Origin: Pyrinomonadaceae bacterium
GTDB taxonomy: Bacteria; Acidobacteriota; Blastocatellia; Pyrinomonadales; Pyrinomonadaceae
Assembly: GCA_049679945.1 (NCBI GenBank)
Contig: JBAUGW010000063.1
Location: 272 to 64,271 of the forward strand
Length of the DNA stretch: 64,000 nt
Direction of reading: 5' to 3'
The stretch's first letter is position 1. The number at the start of each line of letters is the position of its first letter. The notes beneath the pieces were generated by a model. It searched no databases, was not told the origin of the DNA, and saw only the letters and a list, made by a program, of their open reading frames with translations. The position numbers and the translations under genes are program-made. This document shows, piece by piece, positions 35,793 through 45,388 of the stretch.

Positions 35793-36001
35793 TACATGTA
35801 TTCATTAAAGTCGTCGAGCGGCGCATCAAAATCATCGGCGATGTAAAGCACCAAACCTTTCATGCAGCCGCGCTGCAGAGGCTGTTTCTTACTGCCGTTA
35901 CTGTTGGCCGGCTTTGAGATCTTGATCAACTTATCATTGGCCATCTCGTCAAGCATCTGCTCGGCTTTTGGTTCTAAAATTTCGACTTCGTACGTCAACA
36001 T
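35792..36001 (-). CDS. putative antitoxin (DUF2281-like)
   Basis: 69 aa. C-terminal DDFDAPLDDFNEYM is typical of this antitoxin type. 1-nt overlap (TAATG) with vapC. Confidence 0.7.
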   Translation of the reverse strand: MLTYEVEILEPKAEQMLDEMANDKLIKISKPANSNGSKKQPLQRGCMKGLVLYIADDFDAPLDDFNEYM

Positions 36002-36038
36002 AGAAGCGATTTTATCACAAGTTATTTAGTCAAATTGA

Positions 36039-37217
36039 CTATTTGCCGCTCGTAATCAGCTTTGCAATAGTTTGCAGCTGCATGTTCGACGTGCCTTCGT
36101 AGATGGAGCCGATCTTCGAATCGCGCCAGTATTTTTCGACCGGATAATCTTTGACGTAGCCGTAACCGCCGTAGAGTTCGATTGCTGTTGACGAAACGCG
36201 TTCGGCGCAGCGAGACGAAAAGAGTTTTGCGATGGCGGCTTCTTTCAAAAACGATTTTCCCGCGTCTTTTAGACGAGCGGCGTTGTATACGAGCAGTCGC
36301 GTCGCCTCGATCTCGACGGCCATCTCGGCGAGTTGGAATTGTACGGCCTGAAAACCGTTGAGCGCCGAGCCAAACTGCTCACGCTCAGCCGTGTATTTCA
36401 GAGCGGCTTCGTACGCGCCTTGCGCGATGCCGAGCATTTGTGCCGCGATACCGATACGGCCTTCGTTGAGAGTTTCGATCGAGACCTTGTAGCCTTTACC
36501 GATGTCACCGAGGACGTTTTCTTTCGGGACTTTGCAGTTATCGAGAATGAGTTCAGTTGTTGAAGAAGCTCGTATTCCGAGCTTGTCTTCTTTTTTGCCG
36601 ACGCTAAATCCTTCGAAACTTTTTTCCACGATGAACGCTGTGATGCCTTTGTAACCGGCTTCGGGATCGATGGTCGCAAAGACCAAAAAGATCTCGGCCT
36701 CGTTCCCGTTTGTGATCCAGAGCTTTTGACCGGTGAGTTCCCAAGTGTCGCCCTTATCGACCGCGCGTGTTTTTAACGCAAAAGCATCCGAGCCCGAACC
36801 GGCTTCGCTCAGCGCATACGCACCGACCTTACCGCTCGCCATTTGTGTCAGATACTTTTTCTTCTGATCGTCGTTTGCCCAACGCATAAACGCGTTTGTC
36901 ACGAGTGTGTTGTGAACATCGACAAAGACGGAAACTGAGGCATCGACGCGGGCCAGCTCTTCGATTGCGAGAATAGCGTTGAAGATCGTCGAGCCTGCGC
37001 CGCCATATTCCTCAGGCGACTCGATCGCCATCAAACCCAGATCAAAGCACTGTTTGATAAGGTCAGGGTCGAGTTTCGAGGCGTGCTCCATCTGCTCGAC
37101 CTTTGGGCGAACCTCGCCCTCGGCAAACTCGCGCACGGACGCGCGAAACATTTCTTCATCTTCGGATAAAACGGTCAGACCGGCGTTTGTCATAACGGTT
37201 CCTGTTGCTGTTGTCAT
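36039..37217 (-). CDS. acyl-CoA dehydrogenase (short/branched-chain type)
   Basis: 392 aa with ACAD N/M/C domains. The conserved C-terminus reads YEGTSNMQLQTIAK. Confidence 0.95.
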   Translation of the reverse strand: MTTATGTVMTNAGLTVLSEDEEMFRASVREFAEGEVRPKVEQMEHASKLDPDLIKQCFDLGLMAIESPEEYGGAGSTIFNAILAIEELARVDASVSVFVDVHNTLVTNAFMRWANDDQKKKYLTQMASGKVGAYALSEAGSGSDAFALKTRAVDKGDTWELTGQKLWITNGNEAEIFLVFATIDPEAGYKGITAFIVEKSFEGFSVGKKEDKLGIRASSTTELILDNCKVPKENVLGDIGKGYKVSIETLNEGRIGIAAQMLGIAQGAYEAALKYTAEREQFGSALNGFQAVQFQLAEMAVEIEATRLLVYNAARLKDAGKSFLKEAAIAKLFSSRCAERVSSTAIELYGGYGYVKDYPVEKYWRDSKIGSIYEGTSNMQLQTIAKLITSGK

Positions 37218-37243
37218 AAAGTAAACTGAGTGTCAGTAGTATC

Positions 37244-37319
37244 GTGTCCGTAGCCCCCACGTAAGTAAGGGCTATCGTGGCTCCACAGGAGCCCTTACTT
37301 ACGTGCGGGCTACAGACAC
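37244..37319. repeat. 30-bp-stem hairpin in a divergent promoter region
   Basis: GTGTCCGTAGCCCCCACGTAAGTAAGGGCT (37244-37273) against the reverse complement of 37290-37319 is 28/30. 16-nt loop. Confidence 0.8.
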
Positions 37320-37357
37320 TACATTTTAGACAGCATATCGGCATAAGGCAACGTAAA

Positions 37358-38410
37358 GTGAATCCACCAATCGACCCCGCAGACACGCATTCTCGAAAAT
37401 ACAGCAGGCTGAAGTTGCTGGCCGTTTTGCTGACGCTTTTGGGGATTGGGTTGTTCGGGTATTTTATCTACGCCGTCGGTTTTAGTGAGATCGTCGATGG
37501 CGTTGTGCGATTTGGTGTCGCGGGTTTTGCAGTAATTCTTGTGCTTTACTTTCTGCGACTCATCACGCGAGCGCAGACGTGGAAGATGTGCGTTCACGAG
37601 CCCGACGAATTGCGATTGCGAGATACTGTTCCCGCCGTCATCATCGGCGAGGCATTGAGCAGCACAATACCGCTCGGCATCCTTGTAAGCGGCACGTCGA
37701 AGGCGATCGCTGTGAGAAAAAAAATTTCGCTCGTCGCGGGCCTTTCGTCCGTCGCCACCGAAAATCTTTTTTACAGCTTAATCACGAGTTTGTTTTTGAT
37801 CGCAGGTGCGGCGGTGATGCTGCGAACTTACGCGGTTGACGAGAGTTTGATCGTGACGGTAAATATTCTCATCGTCTCCGTCGCGCTCCTGCTGCTGCTG
37901 GGAATTTTCATGGTCGTGCGTCAGTGGCATTTTGCGAGCGTGACCTGCAACTGGCTTTTCGAAAAAGGTTTTCTGACGCGGCTGCTCGAAAACGGGCGTG
38001 GCGAAGTGCGTCGATTCGAGGATTTTATTTACGGCTTTTATCGAAAGTATCCGCGACGCTTTTTGCCGATTTGTTTTTTCGAGTTTATTTATCACGTGCT
38101 CGGCATCGCCGAAGTTTGGTACATCCTCAGCCGCATCACTGACGGCTCGCCCAGTTTGCTCACCGCATTTTTACTCGAATCAGTCAGCCGGCTCGTAACA
38201 ATAATTTTCAAACTCGTGCCTTTTGTGATCGGCGTTGACGAGGCGGGCGCGCAGTTCGTTGGCGAAACGGTCGCACTTGGTGCCGGTGTCGCCGTCACGC
38301 TCGCGATCATCCGCAAAGGGCGGATCCTGTTCTGGACCGCGATCGGTGTCGTGCTAATTATCAAGCGTGGTTTCTCAATAAAAGAAATTTCCGCCGCGCT
38401 CGATGAATAA
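37358..38410 (+). CDS. lysylphosphatidylglycerol-synthase-TM-region (UPF0104/flippase-like) family membrane protein
   Basis: About 350 aa and multi-TM. GTG at 37358 is preferred because the track's ATG at 37277 lies inside the hairpin. The family call comes from overall topology and the C-terminal motif, so it is moderate. Confidence 0.6.
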   Translation: MNPPIDPADTHSRKYSRLKLLAVLLTLLGIGLFGYFIYAVGFSEIVDGVVRFGVAGFAVILVLYFLRLITRAQTWKMCVHEPDELRLRDTVPAVIIGEALSSTIPLGILVSGTSKAIAVRKKISLVAGLSSVATENLFYSLITSLFLIAGAAVMLRTYAVDESLIVTVNILIVSVALLLLLGIFMVVRQWHFASVTCNWLFEKGFLTRLLENGRGEVRRFEDFIYGFYRKYPRRFLPICFFEFIYHVLGIAEVWYILSRITDGSPSLLTAFLLESVSRLVTIIFKLVPFVIGVDEAGAQFVGETVALGAGVAVTLAIIRKGRILFWTAIGVVLIIKRGFSIKEISAALDE

Positions 38411-38415
38411 AAAAA

Positions 38416-38438
38416 GGCGGCTCAAAATCCGAGCCGCC
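38416..38438. terminator. bidirectional hairpin terminator
   Basis: GGCGGCTC-AAAATCC-GAGCCGCC flanked by an A-run and then AAAGG, between convergent genes. Confidence 0.6.
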
Positions 38439-38475
38439 AAAGGGGACGTTACCGTCGAAAACATCTAATCAAATG

Positions 38476-39714
38476 TTACGGAACATCGGGACTCCCGATT
38501 GGAATATCGCCGTTGGCGCCCCAAGGGAACGAGAAGAAAGAGTTATTGCTGCTTCGCAGCACAAAGTAATTGCCGTTGGCAGGCCGCCAGAACGCGATGT
38601 CGGTCTTGCCGTCTTTGTCGAAGTCCCCGGGTTGCGGTTTGTCACCTGTTTGTCCAAACTGTGAAGCACTAATTGAGCCGTTGGAACTCTTTTGTATCCA
38701 CCACTCACCTACACTCGGTCGGAAAATAGCTACATCCGCTCGTTTGTCGCCATCAAAATCACCTTCGACAGGAACATCTCCGGCGATTCCGAAGGGAACG
38801 CTATCTACGGTATTGCTGCCCGTGTTCAAAACAAAGAAAACTCCGGCGGAGGGACGAAAAACTGCGGGGTCTTTGAACCCATCACCATCGAAATCACCTT
38901 CGTGAAATTGTGCGGCACGCGGCTCGCCGTAGATAAAGTCATCCATTGCGACGACATCAACGCCGCTCACACCGTCATTATTAGTTGATGAAAGCGCGGC
39001 ATTGCCGCTTTCGATCACGACCCGTGCAATGCGTTCGCCCGCGTTAAAGGAAATGCCGACAAACGACAATCCGTTGTCAAGAACCGGCGCGGAGGCGGCG
39101 GAAAGCTGCCTGCCGTCAACGCCATAAACGCGAATTAGTGAGCGACCGCCGCCTGTAGAGGAATCAACATCGCAAAAGACGACGCCGAAACCGCTGACGG
39201 TTGCCGGAATATTCGTGCCGGGAACGAGGAAATTTACTTCCAAAATGTGTGCGTTTCGCACCGTAAACAGACGTTGTGCGCTGAAGGTTGTAAAAATCGT
39301 CGAATAACTCGCATTGATACTACCGAAACGCACCGGCACACCCGAAGCCGTAGTTGAACTGACGGCAAAATCGTTCAAAGCCGCACCCGTTTCGTCTTCG
39401 ATAGCATTAAAGATAACTCCGCGCGGACTATTGACATTAAAAAAGTCCTCGGGCAAATTGTTCGGTTCGGAAAAGCCGTCCGGCACGCCGTCCCAGTTGA
39501 TTTCGCGTCTGCCCGAGATGAACGAACCGCCGACACCGTTATTTGCGCCGCCCAAATCTGCGCGGAACTGGTCAACGATTGCCTGAAGTGCCGCCGCGTT
39601 TGCGCCTGACCCTTGTCTGACAACTGGCGCGGCCGGTGCGATGTTCGTGATAAACAAAATCGCCACTAACGTGGAGGCAACGTTTCTGATAGTTCTAACA
39701 TTAAAGTTCTTCAT
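38476..39714 (-). CDS. secreted FG-GAP/VCBS repeat protein
   Basis: Signal peptide. Repeated GDFDGDGxxDxAxFRP motif in four copies at the C-terminus. Confidence 0.8.
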   Translation of the reverse strand: MKNFNVRTIRNVASTLVAILFITNIAPAAPVVRQGSGANAAALQAIVDQFRADLGGANNGVGGSFISGRREINWDGVPDGFSEPNNLPEDFFNVNSPRGVIFNAIEDETGAALNDFAVSSTTASGVPVRFGSINASYSTIFTTFSAQRLFTVRNAHILEVNFLVPGTNIPATVSGFGVVFCDVDSSTGGGRSLIRVYGVDGRQLSAASAPVLDNGLSFVGISFNAGERIARVVIESGNAALSSTNNDGVSGVDVVAMDDFIYGEPRAAQFHEGDFDGDGFKDPAVFRPSAGVFFVLNTGSNTVDSVPFGIAGDVPVEGDFDGDKRADVAIFRPSVGEWWIQKSSNGSISASQFGQTGDKPQPGDFDKDGKTDIAFWRPANGNYFVLRSSNNSFFSFPWGANGDIPIGSPDVP

Positions 39715-39894
39715 AGTTTTATTCTCGATTCTTTTTTGTTTTTATACTTCTTTAGTAGTTGTGACGCTCCCAAACGCGGCTAAGAGTTTATGGCGCAATG
39801 AAGAACCAGCGCCTACGTGATAGTTTAACGCAGCCTATCAACTATACAGAGTCGCAGATGCCCATCTTCAACCGCCCACTGCAGTTGGCGTATC

Positions 39895-40062
39895 ATCACA
39901 ATTCTCTTCAAACTCGTGCCGTTCGTCATCGGCGCCGGTGTCGCCGTCACGCTCGCGATAATACGCAAAGGGCGAATTCTGTTCTGGACCGCGATCGGCG
40001 TGATCCTAATTATCAAGCGCGGCCTTTCGATAAAAGAAATTTCCGCCGCCTTCGATGCATAG
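39895..40062 (+). pseudogene. orphan 3'-end fragment homologous to 38201-38410
   Basis: Hand alignment: the last 128 nt are 111/128 identical to 38283-38410. It lacks 48 nt (16 codons) relative to the intact gene, stays in frame and ends in TAG. No upstream body of the gene is present. Confidence 0.8.
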
Positions 40063-40143
40063 ATAGCAACTCAATTAGAAACTCACAAATCATGCCTCGA
40101 TAGCAGCTATTTTGCGTGATAGACTAAAAATAAATAAAACAAT

Positions 40144-41682
40144 ATGAACAGGCTTCGAAAACTAGTATTTTTTCTATTAATTGTTCCTACTTTTCTTCAA
40201 GCGCAGACGTTCGACGAAAAGCTCAAAGAGATCGACGATTACGGAAACACGGTCATGCAGACGTGGAAAGGCCCGGGCATGGCAATCGCGGTCATCAAAG
40301 ACGACAAGGTCGTGTTTCAGAAAGGCTATGGCACACGCGAGCTTGGCAAAGAGGCGCCGGTCGACAAAGACACACTTTTCGCTATTGCATCGAACTCAAA
40401 AGCGTTCACAACCGCGAGCCTCGCGATTCTCGTCGACGAAAAAAAGCTGGCGTGGGACGACAAAGTGTCGAAGTATCTGCCCGATTTTCAGATGTACGAT
40501 CCGTGGGTGACGAGCGAGTTGACGGTTCGCGATCTCGTGACGCATCGAGTTGGGCTCGATACGTTCAGCGGCGACCTGCTGTGGTATGAGACGACGTATT
40601 CCGCGGATGAGATTTTGCGACGCACGCGGCATCTCAAGCCGGTTTCGAGTTTTCGCACTCGGTACGGTTATCAAAATCTGATGTTCATTGCAGCCGGCAA
40701 GGTCGTTGAGAAGATTTCAGGTAAGTCGTGGTGCGAATTTGTGACGGCGCGAATCCTAACACCGCTCGCAATGACGCGAACAACCTGCAGCGTAAACAAT
40801 CTGCCCGACGGCAACGCCGCGTGGCCGCATAACGAGTCGGGCGGCGCGCTGCGGCGTCTTCATCGCGGCAACGTCGATGGTTCGTCGTCCGCCGCGGCCC
40901 TCAATTCATCCGTCGCCGATCTTTCAAAGTGGGTGAGAACGCAATTGGGACGCGGTAAATTTGAGGGCAAACAGATTTTTAGCGAGGCGCAAAGCTGGCA
41001 AATGCACCAGCAATGGCTAGCGCAACAAGTTGGCCCGTCAAACACGCCGGGCATACAACCGCGGCATTTTAGCGGCGTCGGTATGGGCTGGTTTGTTTAC
41101 GATTATATGGGGCGCAAGATTATAAATCACAGCGGCGGCCTCGACGGTATGTTGTCCTACACGGTGCTGATTCCTGAGGAGAACGCGGGTTTTGTTGTGC
41201 TCACGAATAACGAGTCGCCGTCGTTTGCGGTTATGACGAGCAAGATTCGCGATGTGCTCGTCGGCGCGCCCAAACGCGACTACAACGACGAAGCAGTCAA
41301 ACGCATCGCCGATAATAAAAAATCGGACGCCGACGCGGCAAAAAAGGTCGACGACGCGCGCGTTGTGAACACGAAGCCGTCACTCGTTCTGAGCAGCTAC
41401 GCGGGAACGTACTCGGACAAAATGTACGGCGACGTTACCGTCGCAGAAGAAAACGGCAAGCCCGTGATGCGCTTTTCTCCCTCGCCAAATTTCGTCGCCG
41501 ATCTCGAACACTGGCATTACGACACGTTCGTCATCAAATGGCGACCGTCGGTCGCGTACAACTTTCCCCGAGGTTTTGTTACGTTCACCATCGACAAAGA
41601 CGGTAAGACCGACGTGCTAAAAGTTGATCAGCCAAACAACGACTTTTGGTTCTACGAGCTTGATCTGCATCGAGTGAAATAG
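40144..41682 (+). CDS. serine hydrolase, beta-lactamase (class C/PBP4-like) family
   Basis: Signal peptide. SxxK motif IASNSKAF. A C-terminal extra beta domain, as in many such hydrolases. Confidence 0.9.
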   Translation: MNRLRKLVFFLLIVPTFLQAQTFDEKLKEIDDYGNTVMQTWKGPGMAIAVIKDDKVVFQKGYGTRELGKEAPVDKDTLFAIASNSKAFTTASLAILVDEKKLAWDDKVSKYLPDFQMYDPWVTSELTVRDLVTHRVGLDTFSGDLLWYETTYSADEILRRTRHLKPVSSFRTRYGYQNLMFIAAGKVVEKISGKSWCEFVTARILTPLAMTRTTCSVNNLPDGNAAWPHNESGGALRRLHRGNVDGSSSAAALNSSVADLSKWVRTQLGRGKFEGKQIFSEAQSWQMHQQWLAQQVGPSNTPGIQPRHFSGVGMGWFVYDYMGRKIINHSGGLDGMLSYTVLIPEENAGFVVLTNNESPSFAVMTSKIRDVLVGAPKRDYNDEAVKRIADNKKSDADAAKKVDDARVVNTKPSLVLSSYAGTYSDKMYGDVTVAEENGKPVMRFSPSPNFVADLEHWHYDTFVIKWRPSVAYNFPRGFVTFTIDKDGKTDVLKVDQPNNDFWFYELDLHRVK

Positions 41683-41748
41683 ACAAAATGTGAGTTGTTG
41701 TGTCAGAATTTCGTTTCTGCAATTTTGTTTAGGAGATTATTGTTTTAG

Positions 41749-41949
41749 ATGTCAGAAGAAACAGCACCGGCCGCTGAGGCCACGCCCGAGCAGAGCGCGA
41801 GCAATGAGGACATGCATTATCAGGCGGTCGAAAAAGAAGGCGTCGTAACGGCGATCTGGGAAATGCAGGGCCAAAAGCACATTCGCACCATCGACCCGCG
41901 TTCGGCCGAGGGCAAACAGATACTCGCTCTTTTCGAAACCGCGGGTTAA
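41749..41949 (+). CDS. small acidic hypothetical protein
   Basis: 66-aa ORF followed by a strong terminator. No motif recognised. Confidence 0.5.
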   Translation: MSEETAPAAEATPEQSASNEDMHYQAVEKEGVVTAIWEMQGQKHIRTIDPRSAEGKQILALFETAG

Positions 41950-41960
41950 GAAAAGATTTA

Positions 41961-42015
41961 GCCACGAATCGACACGAATGTTCACGAATGAAGTTCGTGA
42001 GTGTTCGTGTTTTTT
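41961..42015 (+). terminator. CACGAAT-class hairpin with T-run (intrinsic terminator)
   Basis: ACACGAATGTTCACGAA-TGAAG-TTCGTGAGTGTTCGTGT forms a 17-bp stem that includes three G-U pairs, followed by TTTTTT. Confidence 0.7.
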
Positions 42016-42760
42016 AGTTTCGCAAGTATTTCAATATCTCATGCGATGATTCGAGGAGATCGCGACCGTCAAAACGTGACGCTTCGACGATCCCGATACC
42101 AGCAGACGTTAGGAATATCGCAGCGGCGCTGTCGAGCTCATTGATCGCAACTTCGACCTCTTCGCAGTCGATGTTTTCCAAAACAAACTCACGTGTCGTT
42201 CCCGCGAGACAGCCAGTCGATAAAGCCGGCGTGATAAGTTTATCGCCTTTAAGCCAGAAAATATTTGCCATCGACGCGCTTGTGATGTGACTTCGCTCGT
42301 TTAAACGAACGGCCTCGTGAAAGCCGCGACTCTTGGCTTCGTCGAGCGCCAAGATGTTTTCGAGATAGTTGCACGACTTCACGCCGGCGAGCGGCGAGCT
42401 TGAATTTACCTGATAAGGCGAGACGGTTAGCCTGAACGGCTGCGGCACAACGCGGCGTTCGGCGACGATGATCGACAATTCTGTTTTACTCTCAACATCG
42501 CCCGGCCACATTTTGCTTGGGCTATCATCGAGAAAAGTTATTCGAGCGCGTCCGTCTGCGATGCCGCTCGTCGCAATCGATCTTTCGAGAGCGTCACGTG
42601 TTGATCGTTCGGTATGCCCGGCGAGATCTACGCCGACCCTCGTGGCATTGTCTGTCAGCCGCCGCCAATGTTTTTCCCACAGAAACGCTTTGCCGCTGCT
42701 AAAAGCAATCGTGGAAAAGATACCTTTACCGTATAACGAGGCGTTCGATGTTTGCATCAT
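42014..42760 (-). CDS. class IV aminotransferase family protein (aminodeoxychorismate lyase-like)
   Basis: 248 aa, fold-type IV PLP enzyme layout. Confidence 0.8.
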   Translation of the reverse strand: MMQTSNASLYGKGIFSTIAFSSGKAFLWEKHWRRLTDNATRVGVDLAGHTERSTRDALERSIATSGIADGRARITFLDDSPSKMWPGDVESKTELSIIVAERRVVPQPFRLTVSPYQVNSSSPLAGVKSCNYLENILALDEAKSRGFHEAVRLNERSHITSASMANIFWLKGDKLITPALSTGCLAGTTREFVLENIDCEEVEVAINELDSAAAIFLTSAGIGIVEASRFDGRDLLESSHEILKYLRN

Positions 42761-43758
42761 GCCTCGATTTTTGCGAAATCGGCGTCGCGTTTGCTCAATT
42801 TGCTTTTCTTATCGTGACAAAACTCGCTGACGATCTCGCAAAACAATTTGCTGCACTCTTCATGCGGAACATGGCCGCAATTTTTTAGAACGACGAGACG
42901 AGCGTGCAAGATCGCGTCGTGAAGCTTGTGACCGTCCGATGCGGGAATTACGGCATCGTCTTCGCCCCAGATGACTAGAGTTGGATGATTGATGAGATGC
43001 GCGTCGTGCTCGATGCGATTTGCGTTCCAGTTGCGCGACGTGGCGAGCAGACTGTGATGACCGTCGGCCGCGTGTAGAGGACGGCGGATCGAATCGATAC
43101 GTTCCTCGGTTACCATGTGACGATTTGCCCGAGCAAATGTGCCGTTCATGCGGTAACGCATGAATGTTTTTGAGTCTGAGAGAAATGGCGTGATGACTTC
43201 GCCGACGCCGGGGATCGAAGCGAGTTTGAGTATTGGATGCGATTGCAGATCGTCATTAATAACTGCATCGACGAGAACGAGCTTCTCGACTCGTTCGGGA
43301 TAATCGAGCGTGAGCGTTGCCGCAATCGCGCCGCCATACGAACTGCCGACAACGATGGCGCGCCCCAAACCGAGGCGATCCATAAATCGCTCGATCATGC
43401 GCGTCTGAGCAGTTATCGAATATTCAAACCAACGCGGTTTATCCGTATAACCAAAACCGACGAGATCGACCGCGAGCACGCGAAACCCCGCCTTTGCGAG
43501 CAGCGGCGCCGCCGTTTTCCAAACATAAACGGACGCCGTGTAGCCGTGGATCAGGATCATCGGCGGATCCGCGGCATTGCCAAACTCCTGATAATGAACG
43601 CGAATGCCGTCGACGCTGATAAATCGCGAGCGATTGGCGTGAATGACACGATCGGCGACGTCGTCGAAATTCACCGTCGCGGCGCGCGTTAGCATCTTGA
43701 CGGCTACCGCCGCACCGGCTGCACCGACAAATGCGATGGCGAGGTTGCGCTTTTTCAT
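42757..43758 (-). CDS. alpha/beta hydrolase
   Basis: HG oxyanion motif LIHGYTAS, nucleophile elbow GSSYGG, and a membrane-anchor-like N-terminus from ATG 43758. Confidence 0.9.
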   Translation of the reverse strand: MKKRNLAIAFVGAAGAAVAVKMLTRAATVNFDDVADRVIHANRSRFISVDGIRVHYQEFGNAADPPMILIHGYTASVYVWKTAAPLLAKAGFRVLAVDLVGFGYTDKPRWFEYSITAQTRMIERFMDRLGLGRAIVVGSSYGGAIAATLTLDYPERVEKLVLVDAVINDDLQSHPILKLASIPGVGEVITPFLSDSKTFMRYRMNGTFARANRHMVTEERIDSIRRPLHAADGHHSLLATSRNWNANRIEHDAHLINHPTLVIWGEDDAVIPASDGHKLHDAILHARLVVLKNCGHVPHEECSKLFCEIVSEFCHDKKSKLSKRDADFAKIEA

Positions 43759-43811
43759 AAACGGTCCGGGCTTCGCCCTCATTGCGGACAAGAGTGCCCG
43801 CGTTCCTGATT

Positions 43812-44711
43812 TTATACCAAAACGATCTTCGGACGAATAGATTTTTCCTCCGCGTCGTAGAATCCGACGGCGATCAGATTTTGCTTTTCGTCCACCATAC
43901 TCACCGCTTCATTGTCAGCAAACTGCGCTTCGTGCACCCGCGTAGAAAGCCCGCTCTTTGTTTTCTCAACTCGCGTCGCGTCTAAAATTATCGACGGCAG
44001 ATGCCCGACGGCGATTTCTTTTGGTAAAAGAGCGGTTGACGGATCGGCGTGCTGCTCTAATTCGTCGAGCGTCGCGCTTTGTGATAAATCGAAACATCCC
44101 GCTCGCGTGCGACGCAGTTCTGCGAGATGGGCGCCGACACCGATAGCTCGGCCAATATTTTCAGCGAGCGTGCGGATGTATGTTCCCGCAGAACACGCCA
44201 CTCGAAGCCCCATGTCCAAAGTCCCGAGTTCCAAGGTTTCAGTTAATTCACTTGTGATCTCAAGTTTAGAAATCGTGACTGTCACAGCTTTACGTTCGAT
44301 CTCGATACCTTTGCGGGCATGTTCATACAGCTTTTTCCCCGCGACCTTTTTCGCCGAAAACATCGGCGGAACCTGCTCGATCACTCCGAGAAACTGCGGC
44401 AAAACGCCAACTACATCATCCTCCGTTATCTGACTTTGCCTTTTTACTTTTTCCTTTTGGCTTCCGGTGCGATCACCGGTATCTGTCTCAAAACCAAACC
44501 GCACAACAGCTTCATACTCTTTTTCGTCTTTGTCGAGAAACTGCGCGAGTCGAGTTGCCTTACCAACAACCACGACCATCACGCCGGTCGCAAACGGATC
44601 GAGCGTTCCGGTGTGGCCGACACGGCGGGTTTGCAAGATTCGCCGTACGCGATTTACAACATCGTGCGATGTTATTCCCGCGGGCTTATCGATTATGAGT
44701 ATGCCGTCCAT
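43812..44711 (-). CDS. truB: tRNA pseudouridine(55) synthase
   Basis: GILIIDKPAGITSHDVV...GHTGTLDPFATG catalytic Asp motif. Confidence 0.95.
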   Translation of the reverse strand: MDGILIIDKPAGITSHDVVNRVRRILQTRRVGHTGTLDPFATGVMVVVVGKATRLAQFLDKDEKEYEAVVRFGFETDTGDRTGSQKEKVKRQSQITEDDVVGVLPQFLGVIEQVPPMFSAKKVAGKKLYEHARKGIEIERKAVTVTISKLEITSELTETLELGTLDMGLRVACSAGTYIRTLAENIGRAIGVGAHLAELRRTRAGCFDLSQSATLDELEQHADPSTALLPKEIAVGHLPSIILDATRVEKTKSGLSTRVHEAQFADNEAVSMVDEKQNLIAVGFYDAEEKSIRPKIVLV

Positions 44712-44755
44712 CGACTAATTTTAGAATGGGCTGGTGCATAATGCACAATTGAAAC

Positions 44756-45301
44756 GTGGCGTGGCAAAAACGAGTCAGAAAGATCGAAGAAAGTGATCGG
44801 GTTGTGAACGACGAAGTTCGTTCACGCGAGCGCACCATGAACCGCGCAGTTAAGTTGCTCGCCGCAAAGCCGCGTTCGGTCACAGAGCTGCGCGAACGCC
44901 TTCTTGAAAAGCTATGGACAAACGAGCAAATTGTTGACGCTGTCATCGAAAAGCTAAAAGAATACAAATACCTCGACGACGAGCAGTTTGCACGCGATCT
45001 TGCGCTCTCAAAACTGCGTCAAAAGCCGCAAGGGAAACGAAAGTTGCAGCAAACGATGTCGCAGAAAAAGCTTGATAAATCAGTCGTTGACGACGCGATC
45101 ACAGAAGCTTTTGAAAAGATGCCCGAGGCCGATTTGATAAATAGCGCTATCGAAAAACGCCTACGTCTCAAGGGCGAGCCAACAACACGCGAAGACACAA
45201 AAAAATTCTACGACCATCTTCTACGGCAGGGATTCTCTTACGACTTGATACGCGAAAAGCTGTCTGCAATAGCGAGCGGTCGATTCGAACATGATGAATA
45301 G
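44756..45301 (+). CDS. recX: recombination regulator RecX
   Basis: A three-repeat helical protein. AVKLLAAKPRSVTELRERLLEK is typical. GTG start. Confidence 0.85.
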   Translation: MAWQKRVRKIEESDRVVNDEVRSRERTMNRAVKLLAAKPRSVTELRERLLEKLWTNEQIVDAVIEKLKEYKYLDDEQFARDLALSKLRQKPQGKRKLQQTMSQKKLDKSVVDDAITEAFEKMPEADLINSAIEKRLRLKGEPTTREDTKKFYDHLLRQGFSYDLIREKLSAIASGRFEHDE

Positions 45302-45388
45302 ACGGCAAATCCGGGCTTGAAGAATTTCAGAAACTGATATAGATTCGTCTCGTATATTTTTTTATGTGGGTGACGCAAATTTGGGCCG

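Noticed and set aside
39798-40103. 101-aa plus-strand ORF and 63-aa minus-strand ORF over the duplicated fragment.
   Set aside because: Both are out-of-frame readings of the orphan 3'-end fragment. The homologous frame is the one matching 38201-38410.
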